From the NCBI RefSeq assembly GCF_006345805.1, contig NC_043015.1:41602001-41666000 (forward strand): DNA of 64,000 bases, in the 5' to 3' direction. Origin of the DNA: Octopus sinensis. Taxonomy: Eukaryota. The translations under genes and the position numbers were made by a program. Below, one piece after another: positions 12,813 to 25,242 of the stretch. A model generated the notes under the pieces. The model was not told the origin of the DNA, did no database searches, and worked only from the letters and a program-made list of their open reading frames with translations. Numbering within the stretch: the first letter of the stretch is position 1; each line of letters starts with the position of its first letter.

Positions 12813-13035
12813 CAGTAATCCCTTGCCATATCGCGGTTCACCTATATTGATTTATTATTTAAGCTTACGTTGATTCTTCCCTTGTGTTGTTTTGCATTTA
12901 TAATAAAATAAATATATAGAAATTATGAAAATAACAACAAAAAAATATAGTACAGTACTGTTTCTACTTTTTGGATTTTCACCTATTGCAGCGGGGTTTT
13001 GAAACGTAACACCTGCAATAGTTAAGAGATTACCG
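12813..13035. mobile_element. Tigger/pogo-like MITE
   Basis: TA|cagtaatccct...agagattaccg|TA. Confidence 0.65.
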
Positions 13036-13102
13036 TATACAAATCAACAACCACATATGCTTAATGTATTTGCTTTGTGTAAAGTGCATATCTGCTACAT
13101 AC

Positions 13103-13225
13103 TTTGATTCCTGCATCTCTCAAGCACCGCATTGTCTCTGGAACGCCATCCTGCAGTTTGTCCTCGACGCCAGTCGCTCCAAGAAGTATGAGATTATCCT
13201 CTACTTCATTGAAAACCTTGGAAAG
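13103..13225 (-). CDS. ATP11: ATP11 exon ([10 protein letters not shown]...[17 protein letters not shown]...AGIK)
   Basis: ctccag|CTT and AAA|gtatgt, 123 nt; ATGVEDKLQ motif. Confidence 0.97.
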
Positions 13226-13796
13226 CTGGAGAAATATAAAAAAAAAGACAAAAAAAATGGACAATATCAGAATTTTTTTTATGGCCATCACTAAAACTGA
13301 GCCAAACATTAGTTACAAGGAGGGGAGGTAGTGCTGGTTACCATTTACAGGGGTTCTGTGACTAGGGTGAGGGGAGAAGGGAGGGATGGAAGGAAGGAAG
13401 GAAAAACGGAAGGAGGGATGGAAGGAAAGAAGGACAGAAAGAAATAAAGAGAGAGACTTATATTCCGTATGGTAGGAAGTTAACTTCTTAATCATATGAT
13501 TCCAGGTTCAGTCCCCCTGCCTGGCACCCTGAGAACTATCTTAAAGGTACACGTGTCTGTGGAGTGCTCAGCCACTTGCACGTTAATAAATGAGCTGCGA
13601 CGTCATTGGTGCCAAGCTGTATTGGCCCCTTTGCCTTTCCCTCGGATAACACTGGTGGTGTGGAGAGGGGAGGCTGGTATGCATGGGCGACTGCTGGTCT
13701 TCAATAAACAACCTTTGCCCAGACTTGTCCCTCGGAGGGTAACCTTCAAGGTGCAATCCCATGGTCATTCATGACTGAAGGGGGTAACAACAATAC

Positions 13797-13831
<35 letters not shown>

Positions 13832-14433
13832 GAAATTCAGGGTGAGTACTTGATAATTGTAAGGTCCCCAGACGCCCCGGTTGATTTATGACACCCACGG
13901 CTTCTACAACCAGAATTTGTCATTTTCCTGACCACCATGTTGGTCCGTAACAACTTTATATCCCTTATCCTTATATTCTTTTACATTCCTTTATATTTCT
14001 GATAATTATTTTATATTTTTTTTTAATAACTTTATATCTTTATATTCATTTAAACGTTTTTATATCTCTTTATATCTTTATACTCTATATTTTTATATTT
14101 TTTATACTTATATTCTTATCTTTCACATTTTTATATTTTTTTTATCCTTCGCCCTGAATCCTCGCCCCTCCATCTTTATCCCTATTTACTCTTATTACCA
14201 GGTTCTTTCACGTCTGTCTGTATTTATATATGTATATATTCATTTATTCATTTATTTATATTACCTCAACATCCAAACTTCCTCATTCTACATTGAGAGA
14301 AGGACGAGATGGACGCTTCATTTTTGTGCTGTTGCTGCATTATGTCGTACGCGAATGAGAGGATTTGCATCCCCAACGTAAAATTAAAAAAAAATTTTTG
14401 ATGTAATACATATCCTTGAGTTAGTAATTGTGC

Positions 14434-14511
14434 GCGGCTGAAGAAGGCCATAGACACACATTATGCATTGTTATAAATCCGTCTAATAAAGGCCCGAAAC
14501 ATATGTACCGC
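14434..14511 (+). ncRNA. Type I hammerhead motif
   Basis: gcgg-CTGAAGA-a-ggcc..ggcc-c-GAAAC-atat-GTA-ccgc; palindromic helix III. Confidence 0.72.
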
Positions 14512-14540
14512 TGAATCCTTGGCATCATGTTTTTATTTTG

Positions 14541-14583
<43 letters not shown>

Positions 14584-16359
14584 TAATAATATAAGGGTAA
14601 ATAATTATTAATTATTTTTCCTTCTGTTTTACATATGTGAGTCACATGTATATGTTGTATGTGGAGTTACACTTGTAGAAAATAGAAATAAGTGGTCTTT
14701 GACTGCTATTTCTAATTTTTCGGTATGTGGCTAAGCAACCTGTTGCTCGCCCTTTTATTTATATACATATATATATATGTCCGTATGTATGAATATAATA
14801 TGTGCATGTGTATGTGTGTGTGCATGTGTGTGTGTGTGTTTATGTCCTTGTTTTTGTGTCCCTCCACCGGCTGACAACTGGTGCTGGTTTGTTTATGTCC
14901 CCATAACTTAGCAGTTTGGTGTAAGAGATTGATAGAACAAGTACCAGGCATAAAATATAAAAAGTAAGTGCTTGGGTTGATCCATTAGATTAAAATTCCT
15001 CAAAGTGGTGCCCCAGCATGGCCACAGTCCAAGGACTGAAACAAGTAGGAAGAAAAGTGCCATAAACACTCCACAACAATATGTATTGAGTCCTTCATTT
15101 GTTTGTTATTTGTGATTCGAGGGAGATTTCACAGCTATTTCTAGCAGGTCAATAATTACTTTTGGTGCACACATCTATGGCACAGGTGACAACATTAAAA
15201 GGACTATGAATTCTTAAATTGGTGTCTAGCATGCTTAATGATGTAAACGAAGAACATTTTAATTAAATAATTGTTTCATAAAAGATAAAAGAAAAGCGTT
15301 TAACAACTTAAAATTTAATTAAAATACTTCAAAAAATTTCATTTTTCTCCTAAATTTTAATTATGGAGAATAAACCAATTAAAACCCCCATGATAACTGA
15401 AATACCACAAACACAAATTTTTCCAAAATTATGGCTTACAAGATGGGGTGTGAGTGCATAGGGTTAGGTGGCTCAACCTGCTAGAAACATCAGCTAAATC
15501 TCCCTCAAATTATCACATACTACATACTACTGTCTTTTGAAAAGTAGCCAGGGAGGAGAAGGACATGCTTCATGTGAGGTGATAATGTATTTGTTCATTT
15601 ACTGTGTATAACTTGTGACTCATTATGTACACCTGTTTGTTTAATGTGCATTATTAGCATCAACCAGTCACCTAGTCCTTGAAACAGCTGTAAAGACTTA
15701 TCTTCAACTTCAGCTGTGAAGACCCTAACATTGTGTAGTATCTGAAGATATCGAGGGATCCCTAGTGAAGGGCATGAGATGTTATGACACAACTGTTCTG
15801 TGACATCTACTGAGCATTTGTGATTCGATGCTGACTTATTTGACCTTAGACATTTTAATGTTTCCCTCATTCTCTCCTTTTCCACTTCTTTCTCTCCTCC
15901 CTCTGTCCAATTTCTCTCTCCTTCTCTCTGTTTATGTGTACGATCATATTCATGTCTATCTCTCTTGCTCACACCCTCTCTCTTTCTCACACTCTTACTC
16001 CCTCTCTCTATCTATATGTGTATACTTCTGCATGAGCATGCTTGTGTGTATGTTTGCCCCCAGTGCCAAAAATTACTATCACCAAAACAGGTTAAATGTC
16101 CAGTCAGCTGCACCAAATAACCAGAGCCCCAAAAGCTGTGCCTAACTGTCTCACTCCAATTAATGAAGATCCTAACATTGTGCAGCAATTAAAAGGACTC
16201 AGATGTCCATTAATGGCATCGAAAATGGTTGACATCAGATGTCACATGACGACAATGATGATGATGACGATGATGATGATGACAACGATGATGATGATGA
16301 CAATGATGATGATGACGACGATGACAATGACGACAATGACAATGATGATGATGATGGTC

Positions 16360-16775
16360 TTCTATATCTTTTACTTGTTACGGTCATTAGGCTGCGGCCA
16401 TGCTGGGGCACCACACTGAAGAAATTCTTAGCCGAATGAATTGAACGCAGTACTTATTTTATAAAGCCTGATACCTTTTCTATCGATCCCTTTTGCCGAA
16501 CTGCTAAGTCATGTGGATGTAAACAAAGCAACACCGGCTGTCAAGCAGAGGTGGGGGACAAACACAGACACACGCAAACATTGATATTATATATATATAT
16601 ATATATATGCATCTATACCACGGGCTTCTTTCAGTTTCCATATCTACCAAGTTTGCTCACATGGGTTTAGTCGGCCCGAGGCTATAGTAGAAGACACTTG
16701 CACAAGGTGCCATGCAGTGGGACTGAACCTGGAACCATGTGGTTGGGAAGCAAGCTACATACCACACTGCCACAA
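16360..16775 (-). mobile_element. SINE family A copy, older
   Basis: More diverged copy of the family. Confidence 0.75.
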
Positions 16776-17189
16776 CTGATGATAATGATGACGATGATGA
16801 TAATGATGATGATGATGATGATTAAAGCTTAGTAAACTATACTGACTTGACTAAAGTACACAGTATGACCATGTGACAGGAAGTGGTGGTGGTGGCAGCA
16901 GCAGCATGGTATAGATTGGAGCTAGCATCTGTGGAGGTGGTCACGTTGGAGCTGTTTAGTGTGGAGCAGAGATAGTGTCTGTGGCATAGCAGTTGTGATA
17001 GCATAGTACGTAGTAGGAGGGCCTATGGCACACAAAGGTGCTGGTAGTGATGGTGGTGATGAGGGTGGTGGTAGTAGTGGTGGTTGTAGTGGTGTGGGAT
17101 GTCATGGCTGGATGTCCATTCTCCTACTGACCTACAGTCTGGCAGCACACAAAACATTTAATTGCTGTGTAACAGGAACGGTAGTAGTA

Positions 17190-17990
17190 GTAGTAGTAGT
17201 GGTAGTAGTAGTAAATGTAGTAGTAGTAAATGTAGTAGTAGTAGTAGTAGTAGTGGTACTAATGACGACGCAGGTGGATTTAAAGATGTTGATGATGATG
17301 ACGATGGATAGTTAATAACATTAGCTTAATTAGTAATTACAATGGTGACAGTGGTGACTGTAGTGTTGGTGGTGGTGGTGGAGGTGATGGCAGTGGTGGT
17401 ATTGGTGATAGTGGTGATGGTGGTGATAGCAGGGATAAGAGTTGTGGCAGTGATGGTGGTAGTGTTGGTGGTGTAGTTAGTGGTGGTGGTGTTGGTGGTA
17501 ATGGCAGTAGTGGTTATAGTGGTGGTGGTGCTGCTGGCAGTGGTGGTGAAAGTGGTAGCAGCGGTGATAGAGGTGATGGTGGTGGTGGTGATAGGAGTGG
17601 TGGCAGTGATGGGGGTGATGGTAGCAGTGGTGGTAGCTATAGTGATGGTACTGGGGGTGACGTGGTAAAGATGATGGTGGTGGTGGTGTTGATGATGGTG
17701 ATGGTAGTAGCCCATCAATGTCAATAAGTGTGGTGGTATTGGTAGTAGTAGTAGCGGTTGTAGTGGTGATGGTAGGAGCAGTAGAGATGATGGTAGTAGT
17801 CATGGTGGTGGTTGTGGTAGGAGTAGTAGAGATGATGGTAGTAGTCATGGTGGTGGTGGTAGTGGTTGTATAGCAATAGTAGTAAAAGCGGTGATGGCAG
17901 TGGTAGTAGTAGTGGTGACAGTAGTAGAGCTGGTGGTAGTAGTAGTAGCAGCAGCAGCAGCAATGGCAGTGGTAGTCATAGCGATCGTTA
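17190..17990. repeat. Degenerate (GTA/GTG/GAT)n low-complexity tract
   Basis: Directly visible. Confidence 0.92.
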
Positions 17991-18384
17991 TGATGACAGA
18001 GGCAGATTTTCAAACGATGTCAACACTGCTGTGTAATTAAAGAGGTTGGTTGACCATTTGCCAAACTTTGAATAATAATGGCAGGAGTGAAAAACAACAA
18101 CAAAAACACAAGAAAAGACACAATTAATTAATCGTATAATTGTCTTGACATGAGTTCTCGTTAACAAGATAATAAACTTCGTTAAAAAGTCTTGTGCCAA
18201 TTCTCTATAGTTTGAGTTCAAATGTCACCATGGTCAAGTTGTTTCTCTTTTTTTTTTTATCCCTTTGGGGAGGGGCATTAATCCTTCACATCCTACTTTT
18301 ACTTGTTTCAGTTATTAGGCTGTGGCCAAGTTGGAGCACTGTGCTGAAGGGTTTTAATCCAACAGATTGAGTCCAAGTGTCTTC

Positions 18385-18456
18385 TCCTATAGTCTTGGGC
18401 TGACGAAAGCGTTGTGAATGGATTTGGTAGACGGAAGCCCATCATATATATATGTG

Positions 18457-18487
<31 letters not shown>

Positions 18488-18507
18488 CATATATACATAT
18501 ATATATA

Positions 18508-18548
<41 letters not shown>

Positions 18549-18785
18549 ATACATATATATACATATATATACATATATATATATGTGTGTGTGTGTGTGT
18601 TTGTCCCCCCAACATCGCTTGACAACCGATGCTGGTGTGTTTGCGTCCCCGTAACTTAGCGGTTGAGCAAAAGAGACCGATAGAATAAGTACAAGGCTTA
18701 CAAAGAATAAGTCCTGGGGTCGATTTGCTCGACTAAAGGTGGTGCTCCAGCATGGCCACTATCACATGACTGAAACAGGTAAATA
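18385..18785 (+). mobile_element. SINE family A copy, headless
   Basis: Plus-oriented centre and tail. Confidence 0.8.
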
Positions 18786-18809
18786 CTGAAGAATTTGTCA
18801 TTTTTTTGT

Positions 18810-19082
18810 TTGTTCCTTCTCGAGCCATGCTCTGGCTCATAAGGGCCGGTTTCCCAGTTTCCTTGGCGTATAGGTTCCCCACCTGGACAGGACTCCAGTC
18901 CATCGCAGGTGAGCTGCAAGATGCAGGAGGAAAGAGTGAGAGAAAGTTGTAGCGAAAGAGTCAGCAGAAGTTTCGCCATTATCTTCTGCCAGAGCCACAC
19001 ACATCGTCTGGTCTGAGATTTGAACCCGCAATCCCTCGACCGCGAGTTCGTTGCTCTAACAACTAGGCCATGTGCCTCCACT
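18810..19082 (-). mobile_element. tRNA-derived SINE with a family D head and family E-like tail
   Basis: Minus strand: gtggaggcacatggcctagttg..gggttcaaatct..cctgcgatggactggagtcc. Confidence 0.7.
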
Positions 19083-19136
19083 AAACGTGAAGTCTAATGT
19101 TTTCCAAAGAATTCTTATCTCAGAAGACATAATTAC

Positions 19137-19250
19137 CATTTCTTCACGATTCTTCAAATCTTTTTTCGCCTCTGCAATCTTTTGCTTGGCTGTCGTGTAC
19201 TCTTCTGGTGTCAGTTGTTTCCTAGCAATTACCAAAGTACGCAGACCGAG
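19137..19250 (-). CDS. ATP11: ATP11 exon (LGLRTLVIARKQL...NREEM)
   Basis: tttcag|CTC and ATG|gtaatt, 114 nt, phase 0-0; GLRTL motif. Confidence 0.96.
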
Positions 19251-19454
19251 CTGAAACAGATGGACAACACAAACATTAAAGATGAAGGTATGCGATTGGG
19301 ATTACGTTTAAAATAAAGGCCAAAGACAAACAGTCAATGGGCTTGAAGCCAACTGGAAACGATGTTTCCTGGGGCTAAATAGCAGTAGCAATCTTCCCTT
19401 TCCTGGGATGCCACATTAAGTTGGCAATAAACCATCACACACACACACATATAT

Positions 19455-19499
<45 letters not shown>

Positions 19500-19528
19500 C
19501 GTATGTATATATATATATATATATATAT

Positions 19529-19561
<33 letters not shown>

Positions 19562-20021
19562 GATATATATATATAAAAATATATATATATACATACACAT
19601 ATATATATATACATACACACACACATATAATATATATATAATATTATATATATTACTTATATATATATATATATATATATATTTATAGTATATATAGATA
19701 TATATAGATATCTAATATATATCTATATATATATATATATATATACACATATATATTATACATATATATATACATTAACTGTGGTTGCAGAACAACAGAT
19801 ATAGGTCATCCACGTAACATTTCATATCTCGAACATTTAATCACTAATTCTTTTTCTTTCACATAGAATATACATGCATAACATCACGGAAGACGAAACA
19901 CAACTCATCAATACAAGCATATAAGAAAATACAAGGAAAATGCGTGAATACAGTTCATCTTAGTTAAAAGTTAACGATTAATACTTTAGCGATTAAGAAA
20001 TATATAAATATATAGATATTT

Positions 20022-20430
20022 ACTCTTTTACTCTTTTACTTGTTTCAGCCATTTGACTGCGGCCATGCTGGAGCACCGCCTTTAGTCGAGCAAATCGACC
20101 CTAGGGACTTATTCTTTGTAAGCCCAGTACTTATTCTATCGGACCCTTTTGCCGAACCGCTAAGTGACAGGGACGTAAACACAACAGCATTGGTTGTCAA
20201 GCAATGCTAGGGGGACAAACACAGACACACAAACACATACACACACATACATATATATATATACATATATACGACAGGCTTCTTACAGTTTCCGTCTACC
20301 AAATCCACTCACAAGGCATTGGTCGGCCTGAGGCTATAGCAGAAGACACTTGCCCAAGATGCCACGCAGTGGGACTGAATCCGGAACTATGTGGTTGGTA
20401 AGCAAGCTACTTACCACACAGCTACACAGC
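20022..20430 (-). mobile_element. SINE family A copy
   Basis: Full-length reverse copy. Confidence 0.85.
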
Positions 20431-20670
20431 CAATCACATATATATGTGATTTTTCTGCCAACCAAGTTCCACTCGCATGGCATCAGTCAATCCAAGCCCA
20501 TGCGAAAAAGACATGGCGCTCAAAATGCTGTGTAGTGAGTAAGGGGTGGGGGGATTTCTGTGTGTATGTGTGAGGGGGAGAGGGGTCAAACTATGGCTGG
20601 ATGGCCATGGCTGTAGTGTTACTGAGCATAGTTTGGCTCATTCAAAATTGATCTGGTGACTAAACAACAA

Positions 20671-20715
<45 letters not shown>

Positions 20716-20721
20716 CAACAC

Positions 20722-20767
<46 letters not shown>

Positions 20768-20778
20768 ACAACAACACC

Positions 20779-20839
<61 letters not shown>

Positions 20840-20889
20840 CAACAACAACAACAACAACATTTCCAGGTAAATACATAATATTGTCTTAC

Positions 20890-20993
20890 CTTTGCATAGT
20901 AGTTTATTTGCTGGGAAATTAAACATTTGTGGCCGCTAACAATTCTGTCCATTATGGCACATTCTGCCCCCTTGCAAAGGAGGTAGATTTCAT
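20890..20993 (-). CDS. ATP11: ATP11 exon (EIYLLCKGAECAIMDR...YYAK)
   Basis: ttgcag|AT and AAG|gtaaga, 104 nt, phase 1-0; KGAE motif. Confidence 0.96.
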
Positions 20994-21077
20994 CTGCAAA
21001 AAAACACATACACAGACCTTATATACATGTACACATACACACACACACACACACACATATACATATAGTTTTGAACG

Positions 21078-21466
21078 TTTGAACGGCAGTTTTTTCTAGT
21101 GGCATCATATGAAATTGTCACCCATAATTATGACCCTAGTATCGATCTATTGCATTTCTATCTGTTTTAGGGTTAGGGTTAGGGGTGAGGGGAAGGGTAT
21201 CTTTTTTTCTTCACAAATGTAAATAAACCCAATCTGTTTCTAAAATGAGGACATATTCATATGGCACAGAATGTTTTTCACCTCATAGACGTTCCATTGA
21301 TTGGTTGAAATTTCAGAAATTGAAGAAAAAATAAACAACAATTCTTACAAACTATAGAAGTTTCTCAATAAAGCCAGAGAAAAAATGTTTTATAACACAT
21401 TCTACCAGTATACGAAGTTTACAATTTTTAGTTATCTAGAAATTATGTTAAAAACTGCCGTTCAAA
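21078..21466. mobile_element. TIR-bounded non-autonomous element with internal TTAGGG-like repeats
   Basis: tttgaacggcagttttt / aaaaactgccgttcaaa inverted ends; tagggttagggttagggg at about 21168-21185. Confidence 0.55.
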
Positions 21467-21529
21467 CCGAAAAGATCCCAATGCTCCTACAAAAAGAAAA
21501 AAGTAAAAAGTGGGGCAAGCCTTTCTCAC

Positions 21530-21672
21530 CTTTATCATTTTTTACGACGACACTCATCCTCTTTCTGTCAGAATCAAAGTCAAAGCAATCAAGCAAAATG
21601 TATTGCATCATATCTCCTTGAAACGACACCCGAAGTTTGGATTCATAAGTGCCATGGAACACCACCTCGTAC
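21530..21672 (-). CDS. ATP11: ATP11 exon (YEVVFHG...FDFDSDRKRMSVVVKNDK)
   Basis: gtctag|G and AAAG|gtgaga, 143 nt, phase 2-1; FDSDRKRMSV motif. Confidence 0.96.
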
Positions 21673-21897
21673 CTAGACAAATACAAAAAAAAAAGGGGCA
21701 AAGTAGAGTCACTTTCATTTTTACTGGCTGAGTCTGGGGAAAAAATGGAAAATACCCATAACCTTTGCAGACCTCAGATTGGTAAGGTTGATGGTACTAA
21801 TGTTCTGTTCCTTGTATATAAAAGAATATATATATATATATAATATATATTGATAAAACGGTAAGATAACAAAAGAAAGAAAAGACCTCAATATTAT

Positions 21898-22427
21898 GTC
21901 TTTAAGAGATAAAGGTGTCGATTATAACATACAATGGAAGATTTTGGCCAGATGTAAGCCCTATACTAACGGCAGCGGAAGGTGCGGTTTATGCGACATG
22001 GAGAGATGGCTTATCTGGAAAAGCAGCTTAGACCCCTACCCATGTCTAAATACAAGGACAGAGCTTTTCGGATCATGCCCCTCACATGTGACTAAATTTC
22101 TGTTATGTTTTTGGTCCCCTAAAGAAAACGGATTAGAACATGCTTTCTCTGTGTTATGTCCCAAGAAGATTTTATATATTTTTATATATTTTTATATATT
22201 TTTATGTATTTTTATATAATTTTTATGACGAAAATGCGAGCGATGTATAAGTACGCAGGCAAAGCAGAGTTATAACAGGTAATTTCCCTTCATTTTTAAC
22301 GGTATTTTTTCATAACGTTTTCAAATAGCCAGATAACCGAAGAGATGGTGTTGTGGATTTCCACTTCGGCATCTGAAACTCAGAGTTTTATCTTGACTAC
22401 CGAGTAATGTTACCATATGTATAGATA
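21898..22427 (+). repeat. PLE 5' pLTR (3' end of EN, 3' UTR, hammerhead-like motif)
   Basis: Near-identical to 24516-25039; the differences I can see are almost all 1-2 nt indels. Confidence 0.92.
22331..22393 (+). ncRNA. Variant hammerhead motif in the PLE 5' pLTR
   Basis: agataa-CCGAAGA-gatg..catc-t-GAAAC-tcaga-GTT-ttatct; U4C core change. Confidence 0.62.
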
Positions 22428-22596
22428 AATTTCCTCTGTTTACATAATATTGAGGTCTCTTTCTTTCTTTTGTTATCTTACCGTTTTATCAAAAATCACC
22501 TCCCGACGACGTTATTCTCAACTAAGAGCGCATACGACCTTTTTTGGGTTATCGCCTAACATCGGTTGAGGACCTCTCACAAACAAAAGAATCTAT

Positions 22597-24750
22597 ATGG
22601 ACGCATATCACATAGATTATTCTATGAAAAATATAACCGATCCCATCAAAGGATTTTACTCTAAGAAACTTCTGCAAAAAATACTGATGTAATTAACGTA
22701 TGAGATGGAAGGCTTTCTTTTTGGGACACAGAAGCGAACACCAAGGAAAACATTTGCTATCGGATAAAATCCAAAAAATTCCCTCCTAGGATTAAAAGGC
22801 TTGGAAGATTTCGAAGCGGACCTGCTGAAGATCATGAGCAAAATAAAGTTTCGTAAGTCTTTTAAACAATTCCAACATAATTGAAAAAAATATTGATCAT
22901 ATAAAAAGCTCCAAGAAAAAGCACTTTTTTCGGATAAAACCAAGAACTTATACCTGGTAGATAACAGCAAATACACACAAACTCTTACACAACAGCATCA
23001 TTAATAATTATACTAAGCTAGGAGGGCACAGACATATAACGAAATTAATAAAGAAGCTAGCGTCATTCGCCGCTAAACTTAAATGATAAAAAAATATAAG
23101 ATAAATAAATAGTAAATAGATAAATAAAAAGAATCCTATCCCCCAAAAGAGGCCTTTTTTACTATTAAAGACCACAAAGAAAACTTCCTTTCCAACCCTA
23201 ATGTAGGCTTATCAACCCAGCCAAGTCAGAACTAGGGATTATTAGCAAAGAAATTTTAGATAAAATAAATACGAAAATTAGACCGATACTAGGCTAGTGC
23301 AATGGTCCAATAGTATAGAAGTCGTAGACTGGTTTAAAGCTATTAGAATAAGAAAAAAGCGAGGTTTACACAATTCGATATTGTTGATTTTTATGCCTCT
23401 ATCTCTAAAGAACTGCTAGATAAAGCCCTAATCTTCGCTAGTGACTTCATAGAAATTAGTACCAATGATAAGGATATAATCTTCCATGCTAGAAAGACAT
23501 TACTTTTCAGTGAGAATGCAAAGTGGGTAAAAAACACCGACACGGAGGGCGCTTTCGATGTGAGCATGGGTTCATATGATGGGGCAGGCATCTGTGATCT
23601 AATTGGACTCTTTCTCCTAGATACCTTCGGTAAGACATTCCCTAACGTACATTTCGCCATCTACAAAGATGATGCCCTCGCCTTAACAGCTAATACAAAT
23701 GGACCAGCACAAGATCGTTTTAGGAAGGATATTATCCAGTTAATGAAACACTTCGGACTTAGTATAACTATAGACACTAACCTGACGGTTGTCAATTTCT
23801 TAGACGTTTCCTTAGATCTTAATAATAATATTTATAAGCCTTATAGGAAGCCCAATGATAGACTAAGTTATATTAATGTAGGTTCATGCCATCCCCCTAT
23901 AGTATTCAAAAATTTAGTTAAAAATATTAGTAAGAGGATTTCTAGCCTCTCATCTAATGAGGACATCTTCAATAGCGTTGCCCCAGTTTTATAATAAAGC
24001 TTTAAAGATAGTGGTTTTAGCGAAAAAATAAAATATACACCTATCACCAGCCCAACAATAAGGAAAAGAATAATAGAAATAGGAAGGTCATCTGGTTTAC
24101 GCCCCCTTACTCACCCGAGGTGGCCTTCAATATAGGTAAATATTTCCTAGCACTGATAGATAGACATTTTCCAGTTAACCATGCTTATAGGAAACTCTTT
24201 AATAGACACAATTTAAAAATTAGTTTTAGTTCAACTACCAATTTTTAAAACATAATCAATCATAGCATACAAAAACACAAGAAGAAAACAGCTGTTCATG
24301 CAGGAATAAAGAATTGTGCCCGCTAAATGGAGCTTGCATGTCCAAGACCATCATATATGAAGCTACCGTAAACTCTATAACCACTAAAACACCGTTTCGA
24401 CGAAGAAATACGTGGGCCTGACAGAGGGTAATTTCAAGGCCAGGTTCAATAACCACACTTTGAGCTTTAGGCACTGGAACAAAAGAAAAGCGACACAATT
24501 ATCCAATCATATTTGGTCTTTAAGAGATAAAGGTGTCGATTATAACATACAATGGAAGATTTTGGCCAGATGTAAGCCCTATACTAACGGCAGCGGAAGG
24601 TGCGGTTTATGCGACATGGAGAGATGGCTTATCTGGAAAAGCAGCTTAGACCCTACCACATGTCTAAATACAAGGACAGAGCTTTTCGGATCATGCCCAC
24701 ATGTGACTAAATTTCTGTTATGTTTTTGGTCCCCTAAAGAAAACGGATAG
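22597..24750 (+). pseudogene. PLE RT plus GIY-YIG ORF, broken by several frameshifts in this sequence
   Basis: Starts MDAYHIDYSMKNI; ORF-track pieces 23560-23994 and 24412-24750; breaks fall at homopolymer-type indels, e.g. near 23990. Confidence 0.85.
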
Positions 24751-25039
24751 AACATGCTTTCTGTGTTATGTCCCAAGAAGATTTTATATATTTTTATATA
24801 TTTTTATATATTTTTATGTATTTTTATATAATTTTTATGACGAAAATGCGAGCGATGTATAAGTACGCAGGCAAAGCAGAGTTATAACAGAGTAATTTCC
24901 CTCATTTTTAACGGTATTTTTTCATAACGTTTTCAAATAGCCAGATAACCGAAGAGATGGTGTTGTGGATTTCCACTTCGGCATCTGAAACTCAGAGTTT
25001 TATCTTGACTACCGAGTAATGTAACATATTGTATAGATA
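24516..25039 (+). repeat. PLE 3' pLTR
   Basis: Direct repeat of 21898-22427; runs into a (TA)n tract. Confidence 0.92.
24943..25005 (+). ncRNA. Variant hammerhead motif in the PLE 3' pLTR
   Basis: Same sequence as 22331-22393. Confidence 0.62.
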
Positions 25040-25242
25040 TATTATATATATATTATATATATAATATATATAAATAATTAATAAGGGTTTAGCAACGATT
25101 TGCCTCACCACACACCGAATTTAGAAATAGCAGTCAAAGAGTTATGGCTATTCTTTCTACTTAAAAGGGAGATCCCAGTAAAACCACAAATTTAATACAC
25201 AATTATTAATAATTGAGACGCAATTATTTATAATTGAAGAGT

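Larger units (their letters stand above)
21850..25039 (+). mobile_element. Near full-length Penelope-like retroelement (PLE) with 5' and 3' pLTRs, intronic, antisense to ATP11
   Basis: RT motifs (FDIVDFY, MGSYDGA, YKDD, FLDV, HPP) followed by a GIY-YIG domain (CPLNG...YEATV...YVGLTEGNFKARFNNH); about 525-bp direct repeats at both ends; (TA)n flanks. Confidence 0.93.

Noticed and set aside
15675-15700. GAAAC-AGCT-GTA half hammerhead
   Set aside because: No upstream CUGANGA or helix I partner found.
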